DNA of 63,939 nucleotides, the filler included, from Lenisia limosa (taxonomy: Eukaryota > Protista > Breviatea): NCBI GenBank assembly GCA_001655205.1. It is 11 parts of 11 records of this genome, joined end to end, with 100 filler letters (N's around TTAATTAATTAA, not from the genome) between each part and the next. Parts side by side here need not be neighbours in the genome. Positions count along the whole stretch, not along the records: positions 19,779 to 34,317 come from LPNZ01007899.1; positions 34,418 to 38,270 come from LPNZ01001444.1; positions 38,371 to 41,967 come from LPNZ01007992.1; positions 42,068 to 47,389 come from LPNZ01003039.1; 7 more parts are not named here. One strand, written 5' to 3'. Positions 32,895-45,100 of this stretch are shown here, one piece after another. Position 1 is the first letter of the stretch, and every line of letters starts with the position of its first letter. Under the pieces are notes generated by a model. It saw only the letters and a list, made by a program, of their open reading frames with translations. It was not told where the DNA came from and searched no databases. The translations under genes and the position numbers were made by a program.

Positions 32895-34317
32895 ATGCCA
32901 GCAGAAGGGAAAGAAGAACGTTATGACAGACAGCTGCGACTTTGGGGAAAGCGAGGTCAAGGTTTGTGATCTTCAGGTATTTCCTTCTCTTCTGTCACCA
33001 TTAGCACACTGATGACAATATCTTCAAAAGGATCTTGGTCGTTGAAGCAATTCTATTCCTTTTTTCTTCAATATATCAACAACGCTATCTTCCCCCCAAG
33101 GCGGCTTCCCCCCCCCCTTTTTTTTTTAGATTCTAGACACTATTTTACAGCTATTTTAGACGCATTGGAAGGGGCAAAAGTTTGTGCGCTTTCTTCTGAT
33201 ACATGTAACACAGAAGCTCTCAAGAATCTTGTTCTTCCTGGTATGACAACCAACAATCCCTTATAGTGTCCAGACGAACTTGTCCAGTATTATTGATTTT
33301 CAAGGAATTGGGGAGTTTATGTTAATCGATGAGAAGATTACAACTGAAGAAGATGCATTTACAAACTACTTCTGTCCACCTGCGGCCATCGTTTGTGGGT
33401 CCTCCATAAGGGTATTCAGTTTTTAATTCTTGCCTCTCTTGGGGAGTTGCACTTCCCTATATTTACCTTTATAGGGCAAACCAAGAGCAGAATACGCTTG
33501 TTCAGAACTTCTTTCCTTGAACCCGCATGTCAAGGGCTCTGTTCGCATTGAGGTAGGAACATGTCATATCCCTCTTTCATCATTTATCAACTCAATTTTT
33601 TTTATATATTTCTTCTCATGTTGGTATCTTTTGTATCTATTGTTTATTTTGATATAGTATATACTATATCATATACTATATATCATTATATATATCACAC
33701 CGTTCATAANNNNNNNNNNNNNNNNNNNNNNNNNNNNNNNNNNNNNNNNNNTTTGGAGTCCCAAAATGAATAAGTAAATCTAGTTTAATAACAAATACAC
33801 AAGTTGCAAGATGTACATGTTTAAACCAACTTAGTGATTGCTTAGGAGAAATTATATTATCTGGTTTTTGAGCACTTTTTTTTTTTGAAAAAAAAGTTAA
33901 AAAAAAACACATCTTTCTGAACGATGTGATATATATATGCATATATATCTCTTTTGTTCATCTTTTTCACACCATATATATTTTCTCACCACTTAGTCTT
34001 CAAGCTCCGTTATCAATGAAGATATTGAGTCACTTAAGCCCTATGATGTAATCCTTGTGTCTAATTTGCAGTCAGATTATTTACTGTTAGCATGGGGTAT
34101 ATTTGCCTTCCACAGCCGAGGCTTTACTCATAAATCAAATCCATCAAGCCGTAGAGGAAAGGGGTGATTATTTTTTAACTATTCTTTGAAATTTTGTCTC
34201 AGCATGATGTTCTCCTCACTCCTCTTTTAGTAAACTTGACCAATTTGTCCGTGAGAACAACAAGAAGATGGTTGTCATGTCGTCCATTGGAATGTTTTCA
34301 TCCGTTCGGACCGCAGG
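32895..34317 (+). CDS. NAE1: NEDD8-activating enzyme E1 regulatory subunit (APP-BP1/Ula1); 3' truncated
   Basis: MPAEGKEERYDRQLRLWGKRGQ / DALEGAKVC...TEALKNLVLP / GIGEFMLID / GKPRAEYACSELLSLNPHVKG. Confidence 0.9.
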
Positions 34318-34429
34318 NNNNNNNNNNNNNNNNNNNNNNNNNNNNNNNNNNNNNNNNNNNNTTAATTAATTAANNNNNNNNNNNNNNNNNNNNNNNNNNN
34401 NNNNNNNNNNNNNNNNNCCCCCCCCCCCC

Positions 34430-36061
34430 AGGAACTAGGAAGAGATCTGGGGCTTCGAGTTGGCCATTTGACAAAGGGAGTACATTTCGCTACTACAAAT
34501 CTCAAGACGGTAGGGGTAGTGAACAATTCGGGGTGAATCAAGGAAATTTTGATGCTAGAAACCTAAGATATGTAGGGCGTGATATGGGCATACTATGAAA
34601 ACTATGATAATATTTATATCATACTCCTTCAAAATGCGACTCTTGTTACATTTACATATGTTGCATTACTTCCATTCTTGGCTTTGTGCATTTTTTGCAT
34701 TCTTTGCATTACTTCCATCTCTTGTATTCACCCTCACAACAGGTGCGTGACGCAGTATCAGTAGCGAAGGACCAGGACAGTCGACTGGACCTTATAACAA
34801 TGCTACAGCACGACCCTGCCATTATCGAGTCCAGAGCTTCGTCGAAGGTAGGGAGGGGGTTGAACTTCAACGCAATGGTGGATAGCGAATAGCGATTAAA
34901 AACCCTCTTGTTCGCTAATGCTAATCTGATGAGCCTATAGGGGGGGGGGGTAAATCGGAGTTCAAAGAGGAGGATCAGTGGGTGTGAATAAGAGGTCTGA
35001 ATTCTGTTCAATGATGATTCGATAACTTTCTCATCGCCATTATCTCCTCCTGCGCTTTGTATGTTTTGTTGTTTTCAACCCTCTTATGTTACTGTCAAAC
35101 AGAGCAGATTTTGGACTTTTTTTGTTTGGTTTAATATATTTTCCAATTTTACTCCCCCTTAGGACCGAACCAAGGTCTATTTCTCCCTCCTTGCCAAGGT
35201 AGTTACCAACTGCTTGCAAGGTCTGGCTTTTGTTGAATACAGTAAATACCAATAAATAGTAATATGAATGTCAGAAAAAGAGTTTCAAACGGATAATCAA
35301 CCCGATAATGTCCTACCATTTCCATATCTGGGTACTCTTCCCTAATAGTTTTTACATTTCAACGTTTATTATTATATCAGGGCTCCGTGCAATTAATTTT
35401 TTGAGGAAATTACATTTAAAATTAGATATTAATGTGCCTGAAAAGGAGTTCTCGTTCAGATTTTACAAATAATTTTCCTATTAATTGCACGGAGCCCTAG
35501 CACCCAATAATATCAAAGTACCAATTGTTCCGATCTCCGAAAGTGACCACTGCAGGCGATGTTGAAAGTGCCATTGAAAGTAGTCAGGTTCTTGCTGCCA
35601 CTGCCGCCAACTCCGAAGAGGTCCGAATAGCACGAGCTACTTTCGCTCAATTGAGTGACGCCCATGATGTGGGTGGAGGGTTTATAAGATGTTGTGGGGA
35701 ATATGGAATTGAGCGATGTAAATGATGTTTGGGGTAAGTAATAGCACGCTTTAGTTTCGCCGAATTGAGTGTGGATTTGATGTGCGAGAGGGGGTCATGA
35801 CGTGGGGAATATGGTGGGATTGAGTGAAACTATACTTCCGCCTAATTGAGCGATGTATATGATGCAGGGTGGAGGTTGGAGGATATGGTTACAGATGTTA
35901 TGGAGGTAGATGTGAGGGGCATGACCCCCAAACATCAATTATTAACTCATCTTTTAGGTATCAATTATTAACTCATCTTTTAGGCAGTAATCATTAACTC
36001 ATTCTTTTAGGCATCAACAAAGTGCATTGAAGCGTTCAATGATGTTCTCATATCCGCTGAG
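34430..36061 (+). CDS. Exons of an unidentified alpha-helical protein
   Basis: GT-AG bounded in-frame exons ELGRDLGLRVGHLTKG / VRDAVSVAKDQDSRLDLITMLQHDP / VTTAGDVESAIESSQVLAATAANSEEVRIARATF / ASTKCIEAFNDVLISAE. Confidence 0.45.
35378..35499. mobile_element. MITE family B copy
   Basis: CAGGGCTCCGTGCAATTAAT...ATTAATTGCACGGAGCCCTA. Confidence 0.85.
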
Positions 36062-36711
36062 TAAGGGGGCTCACAGCTGCTTCCTATAACCTTTTACAAT
36101 GATTAACATTTCTGTGTTTTGGTTGAAGGTAAATATGCTTCTTTTAGTAAATTGCAAGATAACTGAATTTCTCTAAAAATCCTTGAATAATATTGATACG
36201 TCACTTGTCTTTTTCGACCGTTGAGAATCACTATATAATAGAACAAGCAAACAAATATCACATAAACAAGGCCTTGTCACTCCAAAAGGGGACTTTATCG
36301 CTATTACCTAGATCACCGTCTTTTTTCTACCCAATAACAGACATTTTCAAATAGAGATTTACCAACTCTTCCTCTCTGACAAGAGTCACTAAGATTTGAG
36401 GACAATTCCAGGGAATTACAATTTCCACACTATTTCAGGGTAGCATTTTTCATCACTATAATCCAGCATCTTTTAAAAGTGTGATGGTGTGGACAGCTTC
36501 GGATATTTATTTCACTATTTTAGGGAAGGTGCTACTGACCGATTGGGAGACCTTCACAAGTCCATCAAAGACATTCATTGTACTTAGTCCTGTAATCTCT
36601 ATGTTTCCATTGTTTTTCTTCTGTTTTTTCCTCGAATTTTTTTATTATTTGTGCCGATTTTTTTCATCTAGAGTAATTCAACAGAGCCTTCTAATTTGAT
36701 GTTGCGCTTTT

Positions 36712-38140
36712 CTAATAATTTCTGTTTCTCTTTTCATACTCAGTTCGTAACAGATGTATACAAGGTTGGACAAGAACCATAGGAGCTCTCATATTATTCC
36801 AGCCTTGAATTCCGATATTTTTGGAAAAAAACCTATTCCAACCAAAACTCTCCCCCTTGAATGCAAAACTAAAAATGTGGTTGCGTTTTGATTTAAAGAG
36901 TGTTTGCAACATTTATCACATGAGTAGGGATAGATCAAAGATTATATGAAATAATGATTATAATGGCGTATTTTCACAAAAACTCAATAGTTTGGACCAC
37001 TTTTAACGGATGAGCGAAGTTGTAATTGCGTTCAAAGATTATGTTCAAAGTGACAAAACGAAATGGACACTTCATATTTTATTTTAAATGGTTTTTGGGG
37101 TGAAGATTTATACAATCGTAAATTTATGCATACGATGTGTCAAGATACCTTCTGGAAATAAATCGTGCTTGACGTCATGGAACAAATTGGAGCAAAACGC
37201 AAACACAATTACATCAAACACAAGAAACAACTACCATAGGACGAGGATACGAGATCCGTTAGAACTGAAAAACCGGCAAGTGGCCGAGAGCCTGGGGGGG
37301 GGGGNNNNNNNNNNNNNNNNNNNNNNNNNNNNNNNNNNNNNNNNNNNNNNNNNNNNNNNNNNNNNNNNNNNNNNNNNNNNNNNNNNNNNNNNNNNNNNNN
37401 NNNNNNNNNNNNNNNNNNNNNNNNNNNNCTTCTTCAGCACCGAATCCCATCACTCCAGTGTGGGAGATTAGGTCTTATTAGGGCTTCCCTACTGTCCGAA
37501 AAAGACCGTCAAAATATCGATATTTACCAAGAATTTTTCGAGAAATTAGACAATAGAAGAGGGAAGGTAGTCATGGACAACGGTAAATGGTGAGTGTGTA
37601 TAATCTGTTGTTTACTTGGAAAATGACAAGACGTTTCACGAGTGAAGCACCCCCCCCCCTACCTGAACCAGCTGCGAAGCCAGGGTGCCATCAAGGGTTT
37701 GGAGCGCTTGCTGGAAGACTGCATCCCCGGAATTCTGGGTTTTTTAGTTTTATTAGGAATAAATGAATTTTTGGGAGCAAATATTAGACGTTTCATGGGG
37801 TTTTATGAGTAAAAAAAGGGGGGAATTAGTAATGAAAGGGAAACTCTGCGGTGTACAGTGATTAATACATATATTCTGGGGTTTTGAGATGTAGAGATGG
37901 GAATTAGATATAAACAATGAACAATTACCCCGCAACAAACACACACATGTACAAATATATAATCGTCACCCGCACCCATAAATAGACAAATACAAAGGAA
38001 ACAAAAATAATCATTTTTTTCTACATACAAAACAAAGACAATCCTCCCTCCCACTGTCCTGAAAGCAGCCAGGCAGTGTCCGATATAGAGCTTAAAATCG
38101 AGATTGGTTACCGGATCAGCCTTGAAAACAGCGTTCTGGG
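36712..38140 (-). CDS. Exons of an unidentified protein
   Basis: Plausible exons NAVFKADPVTNLDFKLYIGHCLAAFRT / NSGDAVFQQALQTLDGTLGFAAGS / LSATCRFFSSNGSRILVL / ...GESFGWNRFFSKNIGIQGW. Joins were not fully verified. Confidence 0.35.
37479..37570. mobile_element. MITE family A copy (CCCT subvariant), degenerate right end
   Basis: TAGGGCTTCCCTACTGTCCGAAAAAGACC...AATATCGATATTT. Confidence 0.65.
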
Positions 38141-38446
38141 GTGTGTGATTGGGGTGGTTGTGGGGACTGACAGGATAACCTAATAAGGTCCTTTTGTAAA
38201 CTGATTTGATATTATTTGATATGATATGATAGAAATAATATAAATAAGCCGGAGTATAGTTGGTATTAACNNNNNNNNNNNNNNNNNNNNNNNNNNNNNN
38301 NNNNNNNNNNNNNNTTAATTAATTAANNNNNNNNNNNNNNNNNNNNNNNNNNNNNNNNNNNNNNNNNNNNAAAAAAATAACAGAATGGGGGGGAGGGGTG
38401 ATGTAAGAGGACTAATACCGACTAATTGCCCTCACCATCCCCTAGA

Positions 38447-41400
38447 TGCCAATATTGTCGGGAGTGAACATGCCGTGCAAGAGTATATGACAAAGAAGGA
38501 AAACCGGGTATGTGATGGAGTGATGCGTTCTTGGCCGCTGAGGGTTGGAAACTACCAGCAGAAATGTTCGGCATATCGGTTGAATTACAGATTGCTTTTT
38601 GGAGCAAAGTCGTCGATCTTTCTATTCCATTTCCAAACCCAACTCCTCTCGCAAAACCATAGAATGATGTCACTCTTAGTAATCTCAGGGGTTCTGAGGC
38701 CTCTTGGGTGCCCGGGTCTAATCCGGGGTACCTGGGGGTTGTCCCGTTCCTCACATGAAGACACTAGCGCGTCTGATCTATGATCTTTTTTTTTTTTTTT
38801 TTCTTTCCCCAGCCCGGCCAATTTAACGCTTCAGACTAAATACACGGAATTTATCACGACTTCCCGCCAATCCCGCGACCAGAAAAAGATATTAAACGTG
38901 GGGTTGGGGGATGTATCAAGGTGTCATTTTGAGACAATTGTGGCTTCCTAAATTCAGTAATCCCTAACCCCATAAACTGTCAATAATATTCTAAGTGACC
39001 ATTTTCTACATTGAAACAGATTCACCCATAGTTACGAATTTAGACGCAGCGCACGGCCCGACGCTTCCAGGACGACCTTGATCTTGGAATGGCTCCCGGC
39101 TCGGGTCTGGCTGAACCCTTCCTTGCCCTACCCATCGTGGGGGGGGGGGNNNNNNNNNNNNNNNNNNNNNNNNNNNNNNNNNNNNNNNNNNNNNNNNNNN
39201 NNNNNNNNNNNNNNNNNNNNNNNNNNNNNNNNNNNNNNNNNNNNNNNNNNNNNNNNNNNNNNNNNNNNNNNNNNNNNNNNNNNNNNNNNNNNNNNNNNNN
39301 NNNNNNNNNNNNNNNNNNNNNNNNNNNNNNNNNNNNNNNNNNNNNNNNNNNNNNNNNNNNNNNNNNNNNNNNNNNNNNNNNNNNNNNNNNNNNNNNNNNN
39401 NNNNNNNNNNNNNTCATCCCATTTTGTTATCATTGTAATTCCATCAGACCAAGGGTCCCACACAGCCTCGGCCAAATGACCCTTCCGCCATACAGCCTAG
39501 TGGAATGGTGCGATGAAGGACTATTATTAGTGTAGATTCCCCCCCCCCCNNNNNNNNNNNNNNNNNNNNNNNNNNNNNNNNNNNNNNNNNNNNNNNNNNN
39601 NNNNNNNNNNNNNNNNNNNNNNNNNNNNNNNNNNNNNNNNNNNNNNNNNNNNNNNNNNNNNNNNNNNNNNNNNNNNNNNNNNNNNNNNNNNNNNNNNNNN
39701 NNNNNNNNNNNNNNNNNNNNNNNNNNNNNNNNNNNNNNNNNNNNNNNNNNNNNNNNNCTTTTTCTTTATGATTATTCCTTCTTCATTACCCCCCCCCCCC
39801 GAGTGATTGGATGCGGTGCTACCTGGGCTTTGTTTGTGTTGTAATTTTAACCCTCGTGTGTTGTCAGCATAGAGTTAATTTTGGGCTTTTTCTCTCAGTT
39901 TTTTATTTACCCCCCTCAGGTTCGGGAGTGTCGGGCCGCTCTGAAGCCCTCGCAACTGGCCAACATCACGACAGGCGCTATTAGCATTGACTTTGGCCCC
40001 GTCTTTGTCTACAGTGTTACTACTAAAGTGGGCGGGGCTTTGTGTCCAGTGAGTATGCTGGGGAGGCACACAGAAAGCTGTGTACAGAGTTGTAAGGCAA
40101 AAATGATTGGGTGAATAGTGTTATACTATAATCCAATAGCTCTTGTTTTATTTCTCATTTCAATATCAGATATTGTGTGTGTACTATGTTGGACCGAATA
40201 CAACCTTGTTTATTTCTTTTCTCTACGTATACTCTATTGGTCGATTGGTTCAGAAGGATTCTCTTTCTTCTTAGTAAGTTGACCATTGTAGCAATTCACA
40301 TTCTCCAACCGCCTTCGTCAAATGGTGTTGGTAGCTGTGGCTTGGTCTGACGTCGATGTTCTTAAGGGCTCTTCTCCCCCATCGCAGGTGAGCGCACCGT
40401 CCTCGGTTTTCCCTATTAAATTGCCTGGTGTTTCGTTGCCTGTAGTTTTGGATTGCCTTCTTTATTGCCTTTATTCATGAATAGATATCCCTCTTTCATT
40501 CCGCATACCCTCCCCCGATGGGATGTGGTGCTGCAGAGGCGACTGGCCTGGGCTTTGTGTGTTTTGTTGTTATCAACCCTGGTGTGTTGTCACCAAGAGA
40601 GTTGATTCAGGCTTTTTTGTTTCATAAATTTTCTAATTTCAATCCCCTCTTGACCCCTTATTCTTCCTTCCTCTCCTGACCCCCCCCCCCCNNNNNNNNN
40701 NNNNNNNNNNNNNNNNNNNNNNNNNNNNNNNNNNNNNNNNNNNNNNNNNNNNNNNNNNNNNNNNNNNNNNNNNNNNNNCTTCAACCAAACCGCAATCCCT
40801 CATCACGTCCCTGACGTACACCATCAACGGCACCCACTCTTACCCCCTGCATATCAGGGCTGAAATCGTGAGCTGGACTTTCCGTATTTGGCAGTTTCCT
40901 TCTGGAGAATGATGTCACTCTTAGTAATCTCAGGGGTTCTGAGGCCTCTCGGGTGCCCGGGTCTAATCCGGGGTACCTGGGGGTTGTCCCGTTCCTCACA
41001 TGAAGACACTAGCGCGTCTGATCTATGATCGTTTATGCTATTCCATCGCTGGAGCGTATTCAATTCACGGATTTAGGTTCCGATCCAGCTCACAATGTCA
41101 CGTGACACCTTGAACTTCCGATTTGAACCCACAGACTCGAGCCCCTCGGTCACCGAAATTGTGACCCTGACTAATGCTGTGGGGGGGGGGGGGCTGATGT
41201 TTGGCNNNNNNNNNNNNNNNNNNNNNNNNNNNNNNNNNNNNNNNNNNNNNNNNNNNNNNNNNNNNNNNNNNNNNNNNNNNNNNNNNNNNNNNTTATAAGC
41301 ATGATGATGAAGTAATAATCGATGTGTCTCTTATAAGTGTGGGACGGCTTTGGCCGATAACCTTGTTTTATTTCTGATGTCTGCATAACCCAGCGATGTG

Positions 41401-41830
41401 ATATTAATTTGAACCCAGGGCAACCATCGTGCAGAGTTCAAGTGGCTGACTGCAGGAAGTGGCATATTCAGGTTGGCGTTTGAAGGAGAAAGGGGCACAT
41501 ACCCCCGCCTTCCCCCAAATGCCAGCCAACTGAAATCTGTTGTTTTTTGTTCTATAAAATTTCCATTTTTACTCTCCCCAGTGTTGAGCCGCAAACGGGC
41601 GTAGTAGCACCCAACTCCCATGTTGAAGTTCGTGTCACATTTGTGCCGTCAGCTGGCCTGGATCTACACCCGAAGGAGGAGATGACGCTCAAGGTCCGAT
41701 TGGGTTTTACTTCTCGGCTCTTACTTCTCCCTCCCCGTCTCTTTAACTCGAATTTAGGTGGTCGGTGGCAGTGACGGACATTTGGACTGTTCGGCCGTTG
41801 TCGATGATGTGAAATGCGCCTTTGTTGAGA
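38447..41830 (+). CDS. CFAP47-like ciliary ASH/MSP-domain protein (internal fragment)
   Basis: IDFGPVFVYSVTTK; SLTYTINGTHSYPLHIRAEI / VPIQLTMSRDTLNFRF...VTEIVTLTNA; VEPQTGVVAPNSHVEVRVTFVP; GGSDGHLDCSAVVDDVKCAFVE. These are typical ASH-repeat beta-strand motifs. Confidence 0.65.
38658..38782 (+). ncRNA. Intronic box C/D snoRNA candidate, copy 1
   Basis: Terminal stem CATAGA/TCTATG; box C ATGATG 38664; D' CTGA 38694; C' ATGAAGA 38755; D CTGA 38773; long hairpin between D' and C'. Confidence 0.72.
40052..40170. repeat. Dispersed repeat family D; copy at 55836-55955, fragments at 12857-12890, 22884-22935 and 15035-15065
   Basis: Shared AGTATGCTGGGGAGGCAC(A/G)CAGAAAGCTGTGT...TGTAAGGCAAAA..GGGTGAAT..TATACTA...TTATTTCTCATT. 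Confidence 0.8.
40906..41030 (+). ncRNA. Intronic box C/D snoRNA candidate, copy 2
   Basis: Identical to copy 1 over ~120 nt except one T>C in the hairpin. Lies in a ~195-nt intron, ~50 nt upstream of the acceptor AG. Confidence 0.72.
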
Positions 41831-42189
41831 GACGGGCTGAATTTGGTTTGGGGGTAATATTCTAAGCCAGAAAAGTTGGGTTTTGTTTTGCCCTCATTAG
41901 ACATCAAATAGACTGCAAAGTGTCATTGCTTGTTTTTTGTTTGTTTGGGTTTCAGATTATTCGGTTCNNNNNNNNNNNNNNNNNNNNNNNNNNNNNNNNN
42001 NNNNNNNNNNNTTAATTAATTAANNNNNNNNNNNNNNNNNNNNNNNNNNNNNNNNNNNNNNNNNNNNAGGCTGAAGATGGACCGGCTGGGGGGCTGGGTT
42101 GTGACATACTTATCATCCATTATTTATTGATTAATCATCGATATACATGTCAATATCCGTCTTTTTGGTGCCGGAGTAGTGATTAAGAC

Positions 42190-45100
42190 AATTACGTTTT
42201 CACAGTTTCGACACAACAATATGGCAACATCTTCGTTATCCTCATCCAAACCAAGAATGGGAACACGGAGTGATTCGGGGGGTGTTCCAGGGACTGCTTG
42301 AATTTTGGGCTTCTCAGGTCTAATGCGTTATTTGTGTTAAGTGTCGTGGCTGATGGTGGGAAAATTGTCGAAGATGTCAGTAAAGGTCATCACTATAGCG
42401 TTATCCTGCCCCCCATTAGATGATAACTGTTGTCAAGCAGTGGGCAGTGCCAAAAACTGAATCTTAGTATTAGGGCATTTTATTCATCCAGAAAAAAAAT
42501 CTTTCGTCCATTTTTGGATTACGTTTATGAGAAAAGGAAATGTAAAGAACTTGGGATAAATAGCCCTCTCGCACCTATAGAACCACGATGAGGGGCATGA
42601 CGCCAACACGGCTTCAGAACAGGACTCTGCAAGGTGTTCGAAGGAACGGTCAATTGCACAAACTTCGAAGGCTTTTGTGGAGGATGACGTGGACTATGGG
42701 GAGGGGGTAAATGCAAAATGTAATCAACTCTGCTGGCTAAGTATCAACTCATTTGGCTAAGTATCAACTCTGCTGGCTAAGTATCAACTCATTTGGCTAA
42801 GTATCAACTCTGCTGGCTAAGTATCAACTCTGCTGGCTAAGTATCAACTCTGTTGGCTAAATATCAACTCTGCTGGCTAAGTATCAACTCTGCTGGCTAA
42901 GTATCAACTCTGTTGGCTAAGTATCAATTCTGCTGGCTAAGTATCAACTCTGTTGGAGTATCAGAGTTGGAAACAACAAACAAGGCCTAACAAAGCTTCC
43001 CGCCACTCCAGCGTATATGGGGGGCATTTTTAAAGGTTAGAAAAAAAGAAGTTTTGCACATCAGCCTTGGAACATACCTTGCAGAATTGTGCCGGGTCCA
43101 AAGGTGTCCAACGGACAGTTGGCAGCGATTCTGTAGCCGGGGTCGGGGCGGCCCTGGTGGATCGTCTCAAGATGACATCCTAGTATCGTAAATCACCATG
43201 TGTATTAGTAGTTAGTTTCAATGATGTGGCATGCGATATGTAGTAATTATCCACCCCACATCATCGCTGTCGCTATCGCTGCGGTAGATCACCTTTTTCT
43301 TCTTTCTGGATGGTCAGTTTACAATTTTTAGGAAAACAGTGTGTCCGCAATTCACTGTTGGAAATAAAAGTACAGAGCAGGACATATTATTTGGAATTCC
43401 AACACCTTCAATAAAGTCCAATTATGTTGAATTACACTGTAAGAAGAAGTATAGGAGTTTTCATCTTGACCACTTATCTCAAAATTGGATGTGTGAAAGT
43501 GATATTTTGTCCATTCCCACTTTTTGGGGGTCAGGGGAGGGTTACCCATCAGCTTGTCAATTTCCTACAGCGTGAATACCCTTTAAGATTCGTGAGAAAA
43601 GTTGAAACAAAATCGGAGAATATGACAACATATGTATGACTCTGTGCAATTGATTCAATTAATTCAAAATTTGAAGTAGGACATATTGCATGAGTATAAC
43701 CTCATTTCAGACCCTTTAATTTCAAATTTTGTCAATTAATTTCCAAAAAAATTAAATGCCCGGAGTCGTCTAATAATATTACAATAAAACAAAACAAAAC
43801 AAAACAAAACAAAACAAAACAAAACAAAATAAAACAAAACAAAACAAACAAAACAAAACAAACAAAACAAAACAAAACACACAAAACAAAACAAAACAAA
43901 CAAAACAAACAAAACAAAATAAAACAAACAAAGCAAACAAAGCAAACAAAACAAAATATAACAAAACAATACAAAACAATACAATACAATACAAAACAAA
44001 ACAAAACAAAATAAAAACAAAACTTAAAAAAATCAACAGCAGAACAACAGTACAAGCAACATACGTCTTGTTTGAGGAAGTGGGGGTATGTTGGAGTACC
44101 AATCGATGCAGTCATCTGAATAGCGAATGAGAAAATTGAGCAAGAATAAGTTGCTAAGGTTATTTTGAAGAGTTTGGCCGCGAGCAAGATTGTGTTGGCA
44201 AGATACACATTTCCTATTGTTCCAAAAAGACTTGACCCATCCTCGTGTACCTGTAGCTCGTTGAAGGAGGCTCTGACGTCGGAGGAATGTGCCACAGCCA
44301 ATGCGTGACAGTCGGCAAAGGGAACCTGGAGTTGTTAATGTGGACTGGGGTTTTCGTCAATAGGAATTGGTAGTAAATAGGACTTGGAAAAACTTGAAGT
44401 GAATTGGAAAAGGCTCACTACCTGACAGATGTATGCATGGCTACATTTTTCAAATGATATGATGTTGACTGAGCATATGGGGCTCAAAACACATTCTGAT
44501 CCAATCGTCCAATAGCGCTGTTATAATAAACGACTCCTACCTTGACACCCATGCAGAGGGCTGCCATATGCAGGTGAACTCCAAGGGCTACGGCGGACGG
44601 CCGATCGTACCTCAACCGAACAACATTCCGGGGCAGGCGGAAACTAGGCTCTCCTGGGGGGGGGTTGAATAAGGAACTGTAGAAGAAACAGTAACCACCA
44701 CAAACATAGTGGGGGGAGGGCGGAGTTTGGGCAATGAATATTGAAGAAAAGGTTCTCACAAATCGAAAAATATGCATGTTATTATCAAAAAACAACAACA
44801 ACAAAAAAAAAAAGGACTGATGCATGTTTCACATACGTTCTCCGGTCAAAACAATGGGGCGCTTGGTCTCGCGAATAATAGACAAAAGGGCCGGCCTAAG
44901 GGGTTAATGGGCCAGGCGGACTGAAAAACTTCATTTCACTACTTAGCAGCCCGAATTTAGTGACAAACTGCTGAACTTTGTATCCCCTATTGAGGTAATT
45001 ACCGCCCCCAAAATGCTGTGAATAATCATCCTTGATGGCTCATAAGAAATATGGAATATAATCCCTTCCCATATATGCCTTTACAACCCCGAGGCTAGCC

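Noticed and set aside
38585-41063. Duplicated minus-strand protein exon RSDALVSSCEERDNPQ...
   Set aside because: The conserved block ends exactly at the C/D boxes and terminal stem on the plus strand and lies within introns of a plus-strand gene, so an RNA explains it better.
42723-42957. CRISPR-like array
   Set aside because: The 20-bp units are head to tail with no unique spacers, inside a eukaryotic intron, so this is a minisatellite.
43732-44102. Cys/Phe-rich membrane ORFs (FVLFC repeats)
   Set aside because: These are translations of the (CAAAA)n microsatellite in an ATAD5 intron.
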